The notes: generated by a model from the letters alone, not told the origin. DNA of 50,987 bases from Octopus sinensis (GCF_006345805.1 NW_021834332.1:1-50987); one strand, 5' to 3'. Positions 1-12,965 are shown, counted from the first letter of the stretch. Numbers and translations: made by a program.

Positions 1-472
1 ATGTTTGCATGTATGTATGTATGTAGTATGTATATATGTATGTATGTATGTATTTTGCATGTATGTATGTATGTATGCATGCATGTATGTATGTATGTAT
101 GTATGTATGTATGTATGTATGTATGTATGTTTGCATGTATGTATGTATGTATGTATGTATGTATGTACGTATGTTACGTATGTATGTATGTATGTATGTA
201 TGTCTGATGCATATATACTTTATACCTTTTACTTGTTTCAGTAATTTCAGGGCTTCTTTTATTGAAGGGTTTATTTTTAATTGAATAAATCGAAAATATT
301 TCGGGTAAAACACCCTGTATAACCCTAATTGTATACGCATGTCTATTGTACACACACACCCACACACACACATACACACACACACACACACATACACACA
401 TATACAAACACAAACACACGCACACCGCACACATACATACACACACACATACACAAAACACACACAACACCA

Positions 473-521
<49 letters not shown>

Positions 522-619
522 ATAAACGAGGTTGAAGCAATGTGTCCGAAATTAGTTATTGACTCGTCATCGTTTATTCAAAGCTGAGTCAAAAACTGAT
601 GCAAATATAAACAGTGAAG

Positions 620-950
620 GTGTGAAGGTGTGAGATTTGTGATTTGAGTATACAGTTAACGATCGTACAGTTGTGAGTTCGATTCCCGGCGGCGCGCGCT
701 GTGACCTTGACAAGACACTTGCTTTGACATTGCTTCACTTCACTTGGCTGAGAAAAATGAGTTGTAACTATATTTCGAAGAGCCAGCCTTGTCTCACTCT
801 GTTTCACGCTGAATCTCTCTGAGAATTACGTGAAGATTCCACGTCTCTATGGAGAGCTCTGCCACTTGCATATTATTTTGAAGAGGAAGCTATTCCGTTG
901 AACGTATCAACGGGAATCCTGAACGTCATAACCGATAGTGTCACAGTTTA
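620..950 (+). mobile_element. Old SINE that is part of the ancestral repeat unit (also about 14130, 16345, 22045, 35275, 36785, 45198, 47419)
   Basis: B box GAGTTCGATTCC; diverged homologue of the 10128 SINE in opposite orientation. Confidence 0.7.
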
Positions 951-1163
951 GAAAAATAAGTGGGTGTAAGTGTTTGTGAGTGGGTGCGGGTGCGTGAGTG
1001 TGTCTGTGTGTACTCACATACACACATGCCCACCCGCACGCACACGCACATGCACACTATATATATATACATTATATAATATATATATATACATATTTAT
1101 ACACACAACATACCACACCATCATATATACATGTATCTATAAATACATATACATATATTATGT

Positions 1164-1224
<61 letters not shown>

Positions 1225-1600
1225 GGAGGCCAATGGCCCAGTGGTTAGGGCAGCGGACTCGCGGTCATAGGATCGCGGTTTCAATTCCCAGACCGTTTAT
1301 GTGAGTGTTTATTGAGCGATAACACCTAAAAGCTCCACGAGGCTCCGGCAGGGGATGGTGGTGATCACTGCTGTACTCTTTCACCACAACTTTCTCTCAC
1401 TCTTACTTCCTGTTTCTGTTGTACCTGTATTTCAAGGAGCCGGATTTGTCACTCTCTGTGTCACGCTGAATATCCCCGAGAACTACGTTAAGGGTACACG
1501 TGTGTGTGGAGTGCTCAGCCACTTACACGTTAATTTCTCGAGCAGGCTGTTCTGTTGATTCGGATCAACCGGAACCTCGTCGTCGTAACCGACGGAGTGC
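1225..1600 (+). mobile_element. tRNA-derived SINE (copies at 22650-23025 and 37406-37784)
   Basis: A box TGGCCCAGTGG, B-box-like GGTTTCAATTCC; 3' body shared with other SINE copies in the window. Confidence 0.8.
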
Positions 1601-2374
1601 TGTCTCTGTGTGTATATATATATATATATATATATCTATATATAAAACTGAAATGCCTTTTTACCGCTTGGTTCGCTTTCAATGCCACTACATCCCGTCC
1701 GATTCGCTCCAAAATTTACAGGCACATGTAGAATGAGGTGACGATGCGCGTGGGCTACCTTAGAAATCCCTATCTTAAAAGCTGTGGTTTCTAGGGGCCA
1801 TCTTCCTACCTCACCCTATTTCCTCCAGTACTCTGTCACTCCTCTTCATTTATAACTTTCAGAATGCCACTACGGTTATTTAAAGTATCTGTCACTATCG
1901 CTATTTCCTTTCTTTTTCACTGACTCCGTTTCCTACCTTCCTATCACTTCGGCGGCGTTCTTTGAAGTATATGTCTGTCACCAACAATCAACACACGAGC
2001 ATGAGAACAAATATTATGAATCAGATATTCTTGCGTTCATTATGTGTGTGTGTGTGTGTGTGTTCTATATATATATGTATATATAATGTATGTGTGTGTG
2101 TGTTCTATATATAAATATGTATATATAATGTATGTGTGTGTGTGTGTGTGTTCTATATATAAATATGTATATATAATGTATGTGTGTGTGTGTGTTCTAT
2201 ATATAAATATGTATATATATAATGTATATATACGAAGCGTATATATCTGTATTTATGTATATTAAACTTTTTCATACTTTTTCAGTTATATATATTTTTA
2301 AACAAATTATAAATATAATTTCATAAATTTTATTTTCAATTTAAATAATTTAAAGTTTTCAATTTTATATTTTA

Positions 2375-3280
2375 CTAGCAGTATCGCCCGGCGTTGCTCG
2401 GGTTTGTAAGGGAAATAACTATATAAGCATTTTTAGTGAGTTATAGCAAAAAAAAAGAAAAAAATGCATTAAAGATGGAATAAAAAATGATGGTAATTTT
2501 TTTTTTAATCGTTGACTCATCGTAGACATTTTTAGAGAGTTACTCCTCTTATATAATAGCGAAAAATGCATTAAAATGGAATAAAAAATGATGGTAATTT
2601 TTTTTTAAATCGTAGACTCATCGTAGACGCGCGCTAATACCCAGAAGGGCTCGATATGAATCACGACTATAAGATACCCGGTTTGGTTACACTGCACCGC
2701 AAAATGTGGGAGTAGTTAGGAATCTAAATCGTAGGAGACAGACACACAACCTTACTTTTATATATAAAGATTTGTGCAACAACTAAAACATTCGGTTGTG
2801 CAAATGTTTGCACAGGAAACCTGCCCTGTGTGGCGGTAATTGCCGTTTTGTGGATCTGTTTCAGCTTTTTTAGCGATTTCTGTTTTGGCGACTTCAAGCC
2901 ATGAAGTCGTTGTTCTAAAAGAACGCTGGTCTCCTTGACAACGCTTTACGACGTTGATTTCCCTACCTGCCTTCCCCACAGCTTCACGAGGAGGGAAGAA
3001 GGGGGAGAAGCAACACAGGTGCAGGCGTGAGCGTGGACGCCAACTCGCCGCCATCGACACACGAAAAAATATGCATTAAAATGGAATAAAAAATTATGTT
3101 AAATTATTTTTTAAATCGTAGACTCATCGTAGACGCGCGCTAATACCCAGACGGGCTCGATATGAATCACGACTAAAGATACCCGAATTTGGTTAAACTG
3201 CACCGCAAAATTTGGGAGTAGTTAGGAATCTAAATCGAAGGGGACAGACACTCACACAACTACAGTTTTATATATATAGA
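2375..3280 (-). mobile_element. Non-autonomous Helitron nested in the composite insertion
   Basis: Minus strand A|TCTATATATATAAAAC ... cccgagcaacgccggg hairpin ... CTAG|T; no TSD; internal duplication of about 200 bp with a second TC end near 2770. Confidence 0.8.
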
Positions 3281-3424
3281 TATATTTTCTATTATATTTT
3301 CTTTTTTTATGTTTTTGTTTTTGGTTTTTCACTGTTTGATTTGCCTATTAGTGGTTTTATCTCTAATTTAATTATACAGATATAAATCTCATTTGTATAC
3401 ATTTGTATATATAATGCGTGCACA

Positions 3425-3455
<31 letters not shown>

Positions 3456-4272
3456 CACATATATATATGTGTGCATTACGTAGTCGGTCGATTCACCTGA
3501 AAATATGCACACCTATGTTAAAGGTGCTGACAAGTTTGCATCACAACTATTTTGTTCCTCAAATGAAAGGCGTCACCTCTAGGACAAAATTCCTCATCTT
3601 ATAAAATGTGGCCACAGTACACCCGAATGAAATCGGGTTATATTAACCAAAATGTGAAAAGGGGTCTAAATGGGGCTGGAAGGGGATTACAATTTCAAAG
3701 AGCGGGTGTTTAGGAATTCTCTGTTGCATCAAGCTAAAAAATTTGCGCCAGCCTTTTAATCGTCAATGTGTTGCCGTCCATGATAAAGAAGTTTTGAATG
3801 CTTGCCATGGTGAGTCTACTGTCGTGAGAAAGAATCACTTCAAAACATGGTGTTTACGAATTTTCTTTTACATCAAGTTCAAAATTTTACGCCAGCCGTT
3901 AAACTGTCACTACGTTGCTGTCCGTCGTTAACAATGCCAGCTATGGTGACTCTACTATCCTCAGATTCTATCCCTTCAAACTTTGGTTTCCAATATTTTA
4001 TTATTTTTATTCAGCTCGCAAGTTCGTCTGTCCCTTTTGAAGTTAGCGTTTTGCTGTCTGCCTTGAAGCAGACCTTTCCATTGCCACTGCCTCATATTTC
4101 TGATTGATCTTTCTAAATATTTTATTTCTCACTACTCAACATCTTCTGTTGTTTATAATGGAGAGAGATAGATAAGATAGAGAGTAAGAGAAAGCGAGGG
4201 AGAGTCAGAGAGAAAAGAAAAGTAAGAGAGTGGGAAAGTGAGAGAGAAAGGAGAGAGAACAAATACGGAGAT

Positions 4273-4590
4273 TCATCATCATCATCATCGTTTAACGTCC
4301 GTTTTCCGTGCTAGCACGGGTTGGGCAGTGTGACCGGGGTCTCGGAAGCCAAGAGGCTGCACCAGGCTCCAGTCTGATCTGGCAGTGTTTCTACAGGTGG
4401 ATGACCTTCCTAACGCCAACCACAACTGTGAGTGTAGTGAGTGCTTTTTTCGTGCCGCGGCACTGGTGCCAGGGGGTTTGCAGTGGCAACGATCGGTTGG
4501 TGCTTTTTACGTGCCACCAGCACAGAAGCAAGTCAAGGCGGTGCTGCAATCGGCCACGTTCGGATGGTGCTTTTTACGTGCTGACAGGAA
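4273..4590 (-). mobile_element. Retroposon 3' fragment ending in (GAT)n (copy at about 25695-26010)
   Basis: (CAT)n tract followed by a GC-richer body typical of SINE/LINE tails; family not identified. Confidence 0.5.
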
Positions 4591-4635
4591 GCAACACCCA
4601 CTCTTACCCGCGCGTAGAGCGTGTCACCTTCAGCA

Positions 4636-4683
<48 letters not shown>

Positions 4684-4699
4684 ATATATATATATATAA

Positions 4700-5262
4700 T
4701 CTTCCTTCTTTCCATTTCCCTCTCTCTTCTGTCACTCTTTTGTATTCCCTCTTTTACTGTACGTCGCCATTCTCCACGTTGCCGGCAACTGCCTCCCAAC
4801 CGCTAATATTGATGTTGCAGGCCTTCATATCCCTTTTGCACACATCCTTGTAACGTAAGATCGGTCTACCCACAGACCTAGTACCCCTAGCAAGCTCTCC
4901 GTAGAGTATGTCCTTGGGGATTCTGCCATCTTTCATACGGCTAACATGCCCAAGCCATCTCATACGTCTTTGTGTGAGGAGTGCAAACATGCTTGGTATT
5001 CCTGCTTGCCTGAGGACATCTTAGTTGGGGATATGATTCTGCCATTTGATGTGGAGGATTTGGAAGAGACGTAAACAAGAGACTATGGCACTACAACCAG
5101 CCAGGAACAGTCTTCGCTACATTTGCGGTACCTGCCAGAGGGAGTGTTTGTTCAGGAGAGGACTACACAGCCACAGCAGGAAATGTATCAGGACATGAAA
5201 TATAAAAGCCGGACTAGACTACTTCATGCGCAAATCCATGTCTCCCGAGACAATTTTGCCAA
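4700..5262. mobile_element. RTE-clade LINE 3' fragment with 5' inversion
   Basis: 4700-5060 minus: QRRMRWLGHVSRMKDGRIPKDILYGEL..GRPILRYKD; 5061-5262 plus: [30 protein letters not shown] and 3'UTR. Confidence 0.85.
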
Positions 5263-5271
5263 TATATATAT

Positions 5272-5319
<48 letters not shown>

Positions 5320-5337
5320 CTTTTTTATCTATTATCT

Positions 5338-5422
<85 letters not shown>

Positions 5423-5450
5423 ATATCTATCTATCTATCTACCATCTATA

Positions 5451-5479
<29 letters not shown>

Positions 5480-5481
<2 letters not shown>

Positions 5482-5886
5482 TTTTTACTTGTTTCAGTCA
5501 TTGACTGCGGCCATGCTGGAGCACCGCCTTTTAGTCGAGCAAATCGACCCCGGGACTTATTCTTTGTAAACCCAGTACTTATTCTATCGGTCTCTTTTGC
5601 CGAACCGCTAAGTGACGGGGACGTAAACACGCCAGCATCGGTTGTCAAGCAATGTTAGGGGGACAAACACAGACACACAAACACACACACCACACACACA
5701 CATAATACATATAATTATACATATATACGACAGGCTTCTTTCAGTTCCGTCTACCAAATCCACTCACAAGGCATTGGTCGGCCCGGGGCTATAGCAGAAG
5801 ACACTTGCCCAAGATGCCACGCAGTGGGACTGAACCCGGAACCATGTGGTGTTAGCAAGCTACTTACCACACAGCCACTTCCTGCG

Positions 5887-5888
<2 letters not shown>
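5480..5888 (-). mobile_element. tRNA-derived SINE, second family (copy at 26900-27310; absent in block 3)
   Basis: Minus strand TGGCTGTGTGG ... GGTTCAGTCCC, internal (TG)n, tail CCAGCATGGCCGCAGTCAATGACTGAAACAAGT-A(n). Confidence 0.8.
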
Positions 5889-5926
<38 letters not shown>

Positions 5927-6246
5927 ATAGATCATATTTGTGTATAATCTACAAGTGCGTATATACTTAGCAATGCTAACGATAGATTTGAAATTTGCAG
6001 TGATACAGACGGAGCATATTTTGAAAGTTTTGACGTAAGATTTATAAATCTATTAGTTCTAGCATCATAGTTAAATATGAGACACACAATTCAGTCAGAT
6101 TTTGAAAAAGAAATTGCCTGGTTTCATTGAAATGGATCTTTAAACCTGACACACCCTCGAATTTTAATTGAACAAGATTATGACGACCAAGTCTCATTAA
6201 ATTAATGTAATGTCACTATGGTTAACTTTACTCTGGTTAACATTAC

Positions 6247-6354
6247 CTGTTTGTTCCGGTGGTCGTAACGGGGTCTTCGTTGCCTGATACCTCCGTTGTC
6301 ATTTCCATTTCCAAAGTAGAAGTCTGATTCCAATCACCACCTTGAGAACCATTG
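6247..6354 (-). CDS. Repeat exon M1, 108 nt, phase 2-2: (S)NGSQGGDWNQTSTLEMEMTTEVSGNEDPVTTTGTN(S/R)
   Basis: ttccag|CAATGG...AAACAG|gtaatg; only this frame is stop-free; one of 16 paralogues. Confidence 0.75.
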
Positions 6355-6835
6355 CTGGAACGAATAGATATATATATACATGTATGAATGAAAGCGCACG
6401 TGTGCATGCATGCATGTATGTATGTATGTATGTATGTATGTATGTATGCATGTATGCATGCATGTATGTATGTATGTATGTATGTATGTATGTTTGTATG
6501 TATGTATGTATGTATGTATGTATGTATGTGTGTATGTATGTGTGTCTATGTATGTATGTATGTATGTATGAATGTATGTATTAATGTATGTATGTATGTA
6601 TGAATGTATGTATGTATGCATGATGTATGTATGTATGTATGTTGTCTATGTATGTATGTATGTATGTATGAATGTATGTATTAATGTATGTATGTATGTA
6701 TGTATGAATGTTTGTATGTATGCATGTATGTATGTATGTATGTATGTATGTATGTATGTATGTATGTATGTATGCATGTATGTGTGTGTATGTATGATTG
6801 TATGTATGTATGTATATATGAATGTATTATGTATG

Positions 6836-6867
<32 letters not shown>

Positions 6868-7099
6868 CATGTATGTATGTATGCATGTATGTATGTATGT
6901 ATGATGTATGTTATATATGTAGTATGTATAGTATGTATGTATGCACGCATGCTGTATGTGTATGTAGTATGTATGTATGGATGTATGTATGTATGTATGT
7001 AGTATGTATGTATGTTGTATGTATGTATGCAGTATGATGTATGCATGTATGTATGTCTATCTGAATGCATATAAACTTGTACCTTTTACGTATTTCAGC

Positions 7100-9215
7100 A
7101 ATGTTGATTGCTTGATGACAATCAACATTATGAAAAAATCACACAACTACACCCCGCAAAAAATGAAAACTCTATCGTCACTAATTAAAACCCATGGAAA
7201 GGAATAACAACCAAGAGATTGACTTTCTAACAATCTTTAAAAGCAAGCCTAGCCTCTTCTATGGTCTGCCAAAAATACATAAAAGCCAAATTATAAATGA
7301 AACCATTAAAAAATCACCAAAGACATACACACAACCCTACCGGGGGACCTAAAACTACGACCCATTGTAGCTGGCCCAATCTGTGAAACCACAGATTAAG
7401 TCTTTTTATGGACATCCTCCTGAAACCCTTCCTTAAACATATCGATAGTCATATCAGAGATGACTTGGATCTGTTTAAACACACTTCGAAAAAAAGTCAA
7501 GGAAGAAACAATCATGGTTTCATTTTATGTAGTTAATTTTATACCAGTATACCTCATAATTATGGACTAGAGGCAATACAGTTCTGGCTGGACCAATTTC
7601 CGGAAGAAATACCAAAAAGGATCAGTAAAGAATTCATTACTAAATCGGTTGAATTCATCCTACGTAATAACCACTTCATGTTTGACAATACATTTTACCG
7701 TCAAAAATCCGGAATTGCTATGGGTACAAGGGCAGCACCAGTCATTGCGAACCTAACAATGGGCTACCTGGAAATAATTGTTTAGCAGGAATCTTTATCG
7801 ACCTTTGGAAACCCCCTCTCTCAATACATAAAAGAGAATTGGAAACGATTCCTGGAAGATTGTTTTATACTCTGGAATGAAAACACAGATAAACTCCTAA
7901 AATTCAAAAACCTATTGAACAGCATCAACCCAAATATACAGTTCACAATGGAATACAACCAAAAGAGTTCCATTCTTAGATATACTAATTAAAAAAATTA
8001 CCTTAAAATAGAAACAGACATTTTTTACAAAGCCACAGAGGCTAAACAATACCTACTTTTTGATTCATGCCACCCAAGACACACTAAAACAAATATCCCC
8101 TTCAACCTTGCAAGAAGGATATGAACAATAGTGTCAGAACAAAATACAGGAACTTTAGACTACAAGAACTCAACAAAAACACCCTAATTGACAGACATTA
8201 CCCAGCTTCAACTCATAGAGGATGGGATCAGACGGTGCAACAGAATCGACATAGAAACTTTGAGAAAAGTTAAACACAACAACACACCTTCCCCGAAAAT
8301 ACTTCCTTACATAACCACATACAATCCCAGAAACAAAGAAGCCTTCACCATCATCACCCAGAATTTACCAATACTTCATAAGGACCCCAAATTAAAGGAA
8401 ATTCTAAACATACATAAAATCATTAAAAGCTACAAACAACCTAAATCACTTAAAAAGATTCTCACAAAGGCAAAATTGTTTTCTGAAATTACGGATGCAA
8501 AAGTAAAAAAATGTGGTAGACCAAACTGCGCAACATGCCCAACCTTCTAGAAGGATCAGAATTCCTCTTCAAAGAGGGACAAAAATTCAAGATCAAATCT
8601 AATTTTACTTGTGCTTCTGAAAACATAATTTATGTCATAAGATGCTCGGGCTGCCACCAAAACTACGTGGGATCCACGGGACTATCACTCAGACGTAGAT
8701 GCACACTGCATCGACAACAGATTGCATTCCCAGAATACAGAATGATACCCTTTAGTGAGCATATTGAGAAATGCGCAAAGCAACTACTACCACAATTTTT
8801 AATCTTCCATTTTATCAATGTGCTATTGGAACACCAACTCAAATTAGACTAAACAACGAAACATTCTTCATTGAAAAATATAAGCCCAAACTTAACCACT
8901 CTAACATTCTTATACAGAGAAACTCACCCCATTAAATAAAAGTGAGAAGAAATATAAAGCGATTACCTCCCTTACACCGGAAGAAATCACTTATTACCTC
9001 CCCTTACCTGGAACTCTTCTTTACACTTCATAACGAAGACATAACATGATTTTTTGAGAAATTTAAAAAGTTAACAAGAAACCGGTAATTTCTTCAAAAA
9101 CTATGTCACTGTATGCAAAAATTTTATAACATTCTTCTGACATAATGACTCAAATATATTTTTTAACCTTTTAAAACAAGCCTTCAGTAGTTTTTTCACT
9201 TTTTACTATTTTCTA
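7100..9215 (+). mobile_element. 5'-truncated, decayed Penelope-like retroelement (RT + GIY-YIG endonuclease)
   Basis: Frameshifted motifs FYGLPKIHK, LRPIVAG, GIAMGT, KRFLEDCF, YLLFDSCHP, CGRPNCATC, IIYVIRC..NYVGST; 3' boundary approximate. Confidence 0.9.
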
Positions 9216-9295
9216 TACATATATATATATATATATATATATTTTGCACCCCCCCATATATATATATATACATGTATGTATATATATATATATAT

Positions 9296-9337
<42 letters not shown>

Positions 9338-9407
9338 CTTTTTCTGTGCCCTTAAGGTATTGCAAAGGGAGGTCATCCTTCCCTCGTCAACCTAAGTGAT
9401 AAACACG

Positions 9408-9440
9408 GACTGCAGTTTCTAGGTATTGACCTGTCATCAG
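9408..9440 (-). ncRNA. Degenerate minimal type I hammerhead ribozyme motif (copies at 30823-30855 and 42057-42088)
   Basis: Minus strand CTGATGA-caggtcaataccta-GAAA-ctgcag-TC; next to a Penelope-like element. Confidence 0.55.
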
Positions 9441-9845
9441 AAAGTGTGCCTAAAGCCAGCAGGAGACGATGTTCTCCTGGGGCTAAAAAGCTACAGTAAC
9501 TTACACCCTTAGTTGTTAGCCATATTGAGATGGCAAATATACCCCATATATATATATATATATGTATATATATAATAGATCATATTTGTGTATAATCTAC
9601 ATGTGCGTATATACATAGCAACGCTAACGATAGATTTGAAATTTGTATTGATACTGACGGAGCACATGTTGAAAGTTTTGACATAAGATTCATAAATCTA
9701 TTAACTTTAATATGATAGTTAAATATGAGACACACGATTCAGTCAGATTTGAAGAAGAATTTGCCTGATTCCATTGAAATGAATGTTTAAATCTGGCACC
9801 CCCTGTATTTTTAAATTAACGTCGTATCATTATGGTTAACGTTAC

Positions 9846-9953
9846 CTGTTTGTTCCCTGGGTCGTAACGAGGTCTTCGTTGTCTGATACCTTCGTTGTCA
9901 TTTCCATTTCCTGAGTGGAAGTGTGATTCCAATCACCATCCGGAGAACCATTG
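9846..9953 (-). CDS. Repeat exon M2, 108 nt: NGSPDGDWNHTSTQEMEMTTKVSDNEDLVTTQGTN
   Basis: tttcag| ... |gtaacg; length a multiple of 3; other two frames contain TGA. Confidence 0.75.
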
Positions 9954-10127
9954 CTGAAACGAATAGATATATATATACATGTATGAATGAAAGCGCACAT
10001 GTGTATGCATGCATGTATGTATGTATGTATGTATGTATGTATGTATGTATGTATGTATGTATGTATGTGTGTATGTATGTATGTATGTATGCATGTATTA
10101 GTAGTATGTATGTCTTTTTTCTTTTTT

Positions 10128-10445
10128 CACTCCGTCGGTTGCGACGACGAGGGTCCCAGCTGATACGATCAACAGAACAGCTTGCTCGTGAAATTAACGT
10201 GCAAGTGGCTGAGCACTCCACAACACATGTACCCTCAACGTAGTTCTCAGGGAGATTCAGCGTGACACAGAGTGTGACAAGGCCGGCCCTTTGAAATACA
10301 GGTGCAACTCATTTTTGTCAGCTGAGGGGACTGGAGCACGTGAAATAAAGTGTCTTGCTCAAGGACACAACGCGTCACCGGGAAACGAATTCACGACCTA
10401 CGATCGTAAGCCGAATGCCCTAATCACTAAGCCCACGCTCTTCAC
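10128..10445 (-). mobile_element. tRNA-derived SINE (copies at 11787-12107, 31544-31861, 33188-33508, 42844-43162)
   Basis: Head GTGAAG..GGCTTAGTGA..GTGAATTCGTTTCCC; body homologous to the 1225 SINE; A-rich tail. Confidence 0.8.
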
Positions 10446-10488
10446 ATGATATGATGTATGTATGTAAGTATGTATGTATGTATGTATG

Positions 10489-10520
<32 letters not shown>

Positions 10521-10742
10521 TGTATGTATGTATGTATATATGTATGTATGTATGTATGTATATATGTATGTATTATTATGTATATATGTATGTATGTATG
10601 TAAGTATATATGTATGTATGTGTTGTATGTATGTATATATATATGTATGTATGTATATATGTATGTTGTATGTATGTGGTATATATGTATGTTTTATGTA
10701 TATATGTATGTATGTATGTGTGTATGTATGTATGTATGTATG

Positions 10743-10776
<34 letters not shown>

Positions 10777-10827
10777 TGTGTGTAAGTATGCCTGTATGTA
10801 TGTATGTATGTATGTATGTATGTATGC

Positions 10828-10860
<33 letters not shown>

Positions 10861-10955
10861 TATATGCATGTATGTATATATGCATGTATGTATGTATGTA
10901 TGCATATATGTCTATGTATGTATGCCTATATGTATGTATGTATGCATATATGTAC

Positions 10956-10986
<31 letters not shown>

Positions 10987-11105
10987 TGTATGTATGTATG
11001 CATATATGTATGTATGAATGTATGTATGTATGTATGCATATATGTATGTATGCTCGTATATTCGATTCGTTCCGTTTCGTTTCGTTTCTTCTTCTTCTCT
11101 AAGCT

Positions 11106-11147
<42 letters not shown>

Positions 11148-11440
11148 AAAATAGATGATATTTGTGTATAATCTACATGTGCATATATACATAGCAACGC
11201 TAACGATAGATTTGAAATTTGCAGTGATACGACGGAACACATGTTGAAAGTTTTGACGTAAGATTCATAAATCTATTAACTTTAATATGATAGTTAAATA
11301 TGAGACGCACGATTCAGTCAGATTTTGAAGAAGATTTGCCTGTTTGAATGAATGAAATTGGCCTGTATTGAAATTAAGATAATGAACTGCGTTACCCCCC
11401 TGTATTTTTAATTTACGAATCGCATTATGGTTAACGTTAC

Positions 11441-11545
11441 CTGTTTGTTCCCTGGGTCGTACGGTCTTCGTTGTCTGATACCTTCGTTGTCATTTCCATT
11501 TCCTGAGTGGAAGTGTGATTCCAATCACCATCCGGAGAACCATTG
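11441..11545 (-). CDS. Repeat exon M3, 105 nt: NGSPDGDWNHTSTQEMEMTTKVSDNEDRTTQGTN
   Basis: AG/GT intact; net 3-nt deletion keeps the frame. Confidence 0.7.
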
Positions 11546-12280
11546 CTGAAACGAATAGATATATATATACATGTATGAATGAAAGCGCACATGTGTATGC
11601 ATGCATGTATGTATGTATGTATGTATGTATGTATGTATGTATGTATGTATGTATGTATGTATGTATGTATGTATGTATGTATGTATGTGTGTATGTATGT
11701 ATGTATGCATGTATGTATGTACGTATGTATGTATGTATGTATGTATGTATGTATGTTGTATGTATGTCTGTCCTTTTTTCTTTTTTCACTCCGTCGGTTG
11801 CGACGACGAGGGTCCCAGCTGATACGATCAACAGAACAGCTTGCTCGTGAAATTAACGTGCAAGTGGCTGAGCACTCCACAGACACATGTACCCTCAACG
11901 TAGTTCTCAGGGAGATTCAGCGTGACACAGAGTGTGACAAGGCCGGCCCTTTGAAATACAGGTGCAACTCATTTTTGTCAGCTGAGGGGACTGGAGCAAC
12001 GTGAAATAAAGTGTCTTGCTCAAGGACACAACGCGTCACCGGGAAACGAATTCACGACCTTACGATCGTAAGCCGAATGCCCTAATCACTAAGCCACGCG
12101 CCTTCACATGTATGTATGTATGTATGTATGTAAGTATGTATGTATGTATGTATATGTATGTATGTATGTATGTATCTATGTATGTATGTATGTGTGTATG
12201 TATGTATGTATGCATGTATGTAAGTATGTATGTATGTATGTATGTATGTGTGTATGTTTGTATGTATGTATGTAAGTATG

Positions 12281-12311
<31 letters not shown>

Positions 12312-12448
12312 GTGTATGTATGTATGTATGTAAGTATGTATATGTATGTATGTATGTATGTATATATGTATGTATGTATGTATGTATATATGTATGTATG
12401 TATGTATGTGTATATGTATGTATGTATGTGTGTATGTATGTAAGTATG

Positions 12449-12482
<34 letters not shown>

Positions 12483-12488
12483 TATATG

Positions 12489-12520
<32 letters not shown>

Positions 12521-12628
12521 TGTATGTAGATATGTATGTATGTATGTATGTATATATGTATGTATGTACGTAAGTATATATGTATGTATGTGTATGTATG
12601 TATGTATGTATATATGTATGTATGTATG

Positions 12629-12662
<34 letters not shown>

Positions 12663-12728
12663 TGTATTATGTATGTATGTATGTATATATGTATGTATGT
12701 ATGGTGTGTATGTACGTATGTATGTATG

Positions 12729-12761
<33 letters not shown>

Positions 12762-12934
12762 GTGTAAGTATGCCTGTATGTATGTATGATGTATGTATGC
12801 AATATATGTATGTATGTATGTATGTAGTATGTATATATGCATGTATGTATATATGCATGTATGTATGTATGTATGTATGCATATATGTATATATGTATGT
12901 ATGCCTATATGTATGTATGTATGCATATATGTAC

Positions 12935-12965
<31 letters not shown>

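Larger units (their letters stand above)
1635..4636 (+). mobile_element. About 3-kb composite insertion with Helitron-like ends, inside a (TA)n tract
   Basis: Starts A|TCTATATATAAAACTG, ends with a decayed GC hairpin (cccgcgcgtagagcgtg) and CAG|T; absent at the paralogous site near 37800. Confidence 0.6.

Noticed and set aside
1225-1300. tRNA gene
   Set aside because: A/B boxes belong to a SINE head; no complete cloverleaf and it continues into a SINE body.
7100-8910. Domesticated or active Penelope ORF (likewise the mariner transposase)
   Set aside because: In-frame stops and altered catalytic motifs (SFYV, FLED) are shared by all copies; multiple copies arise from segmental duplication, not transposition.
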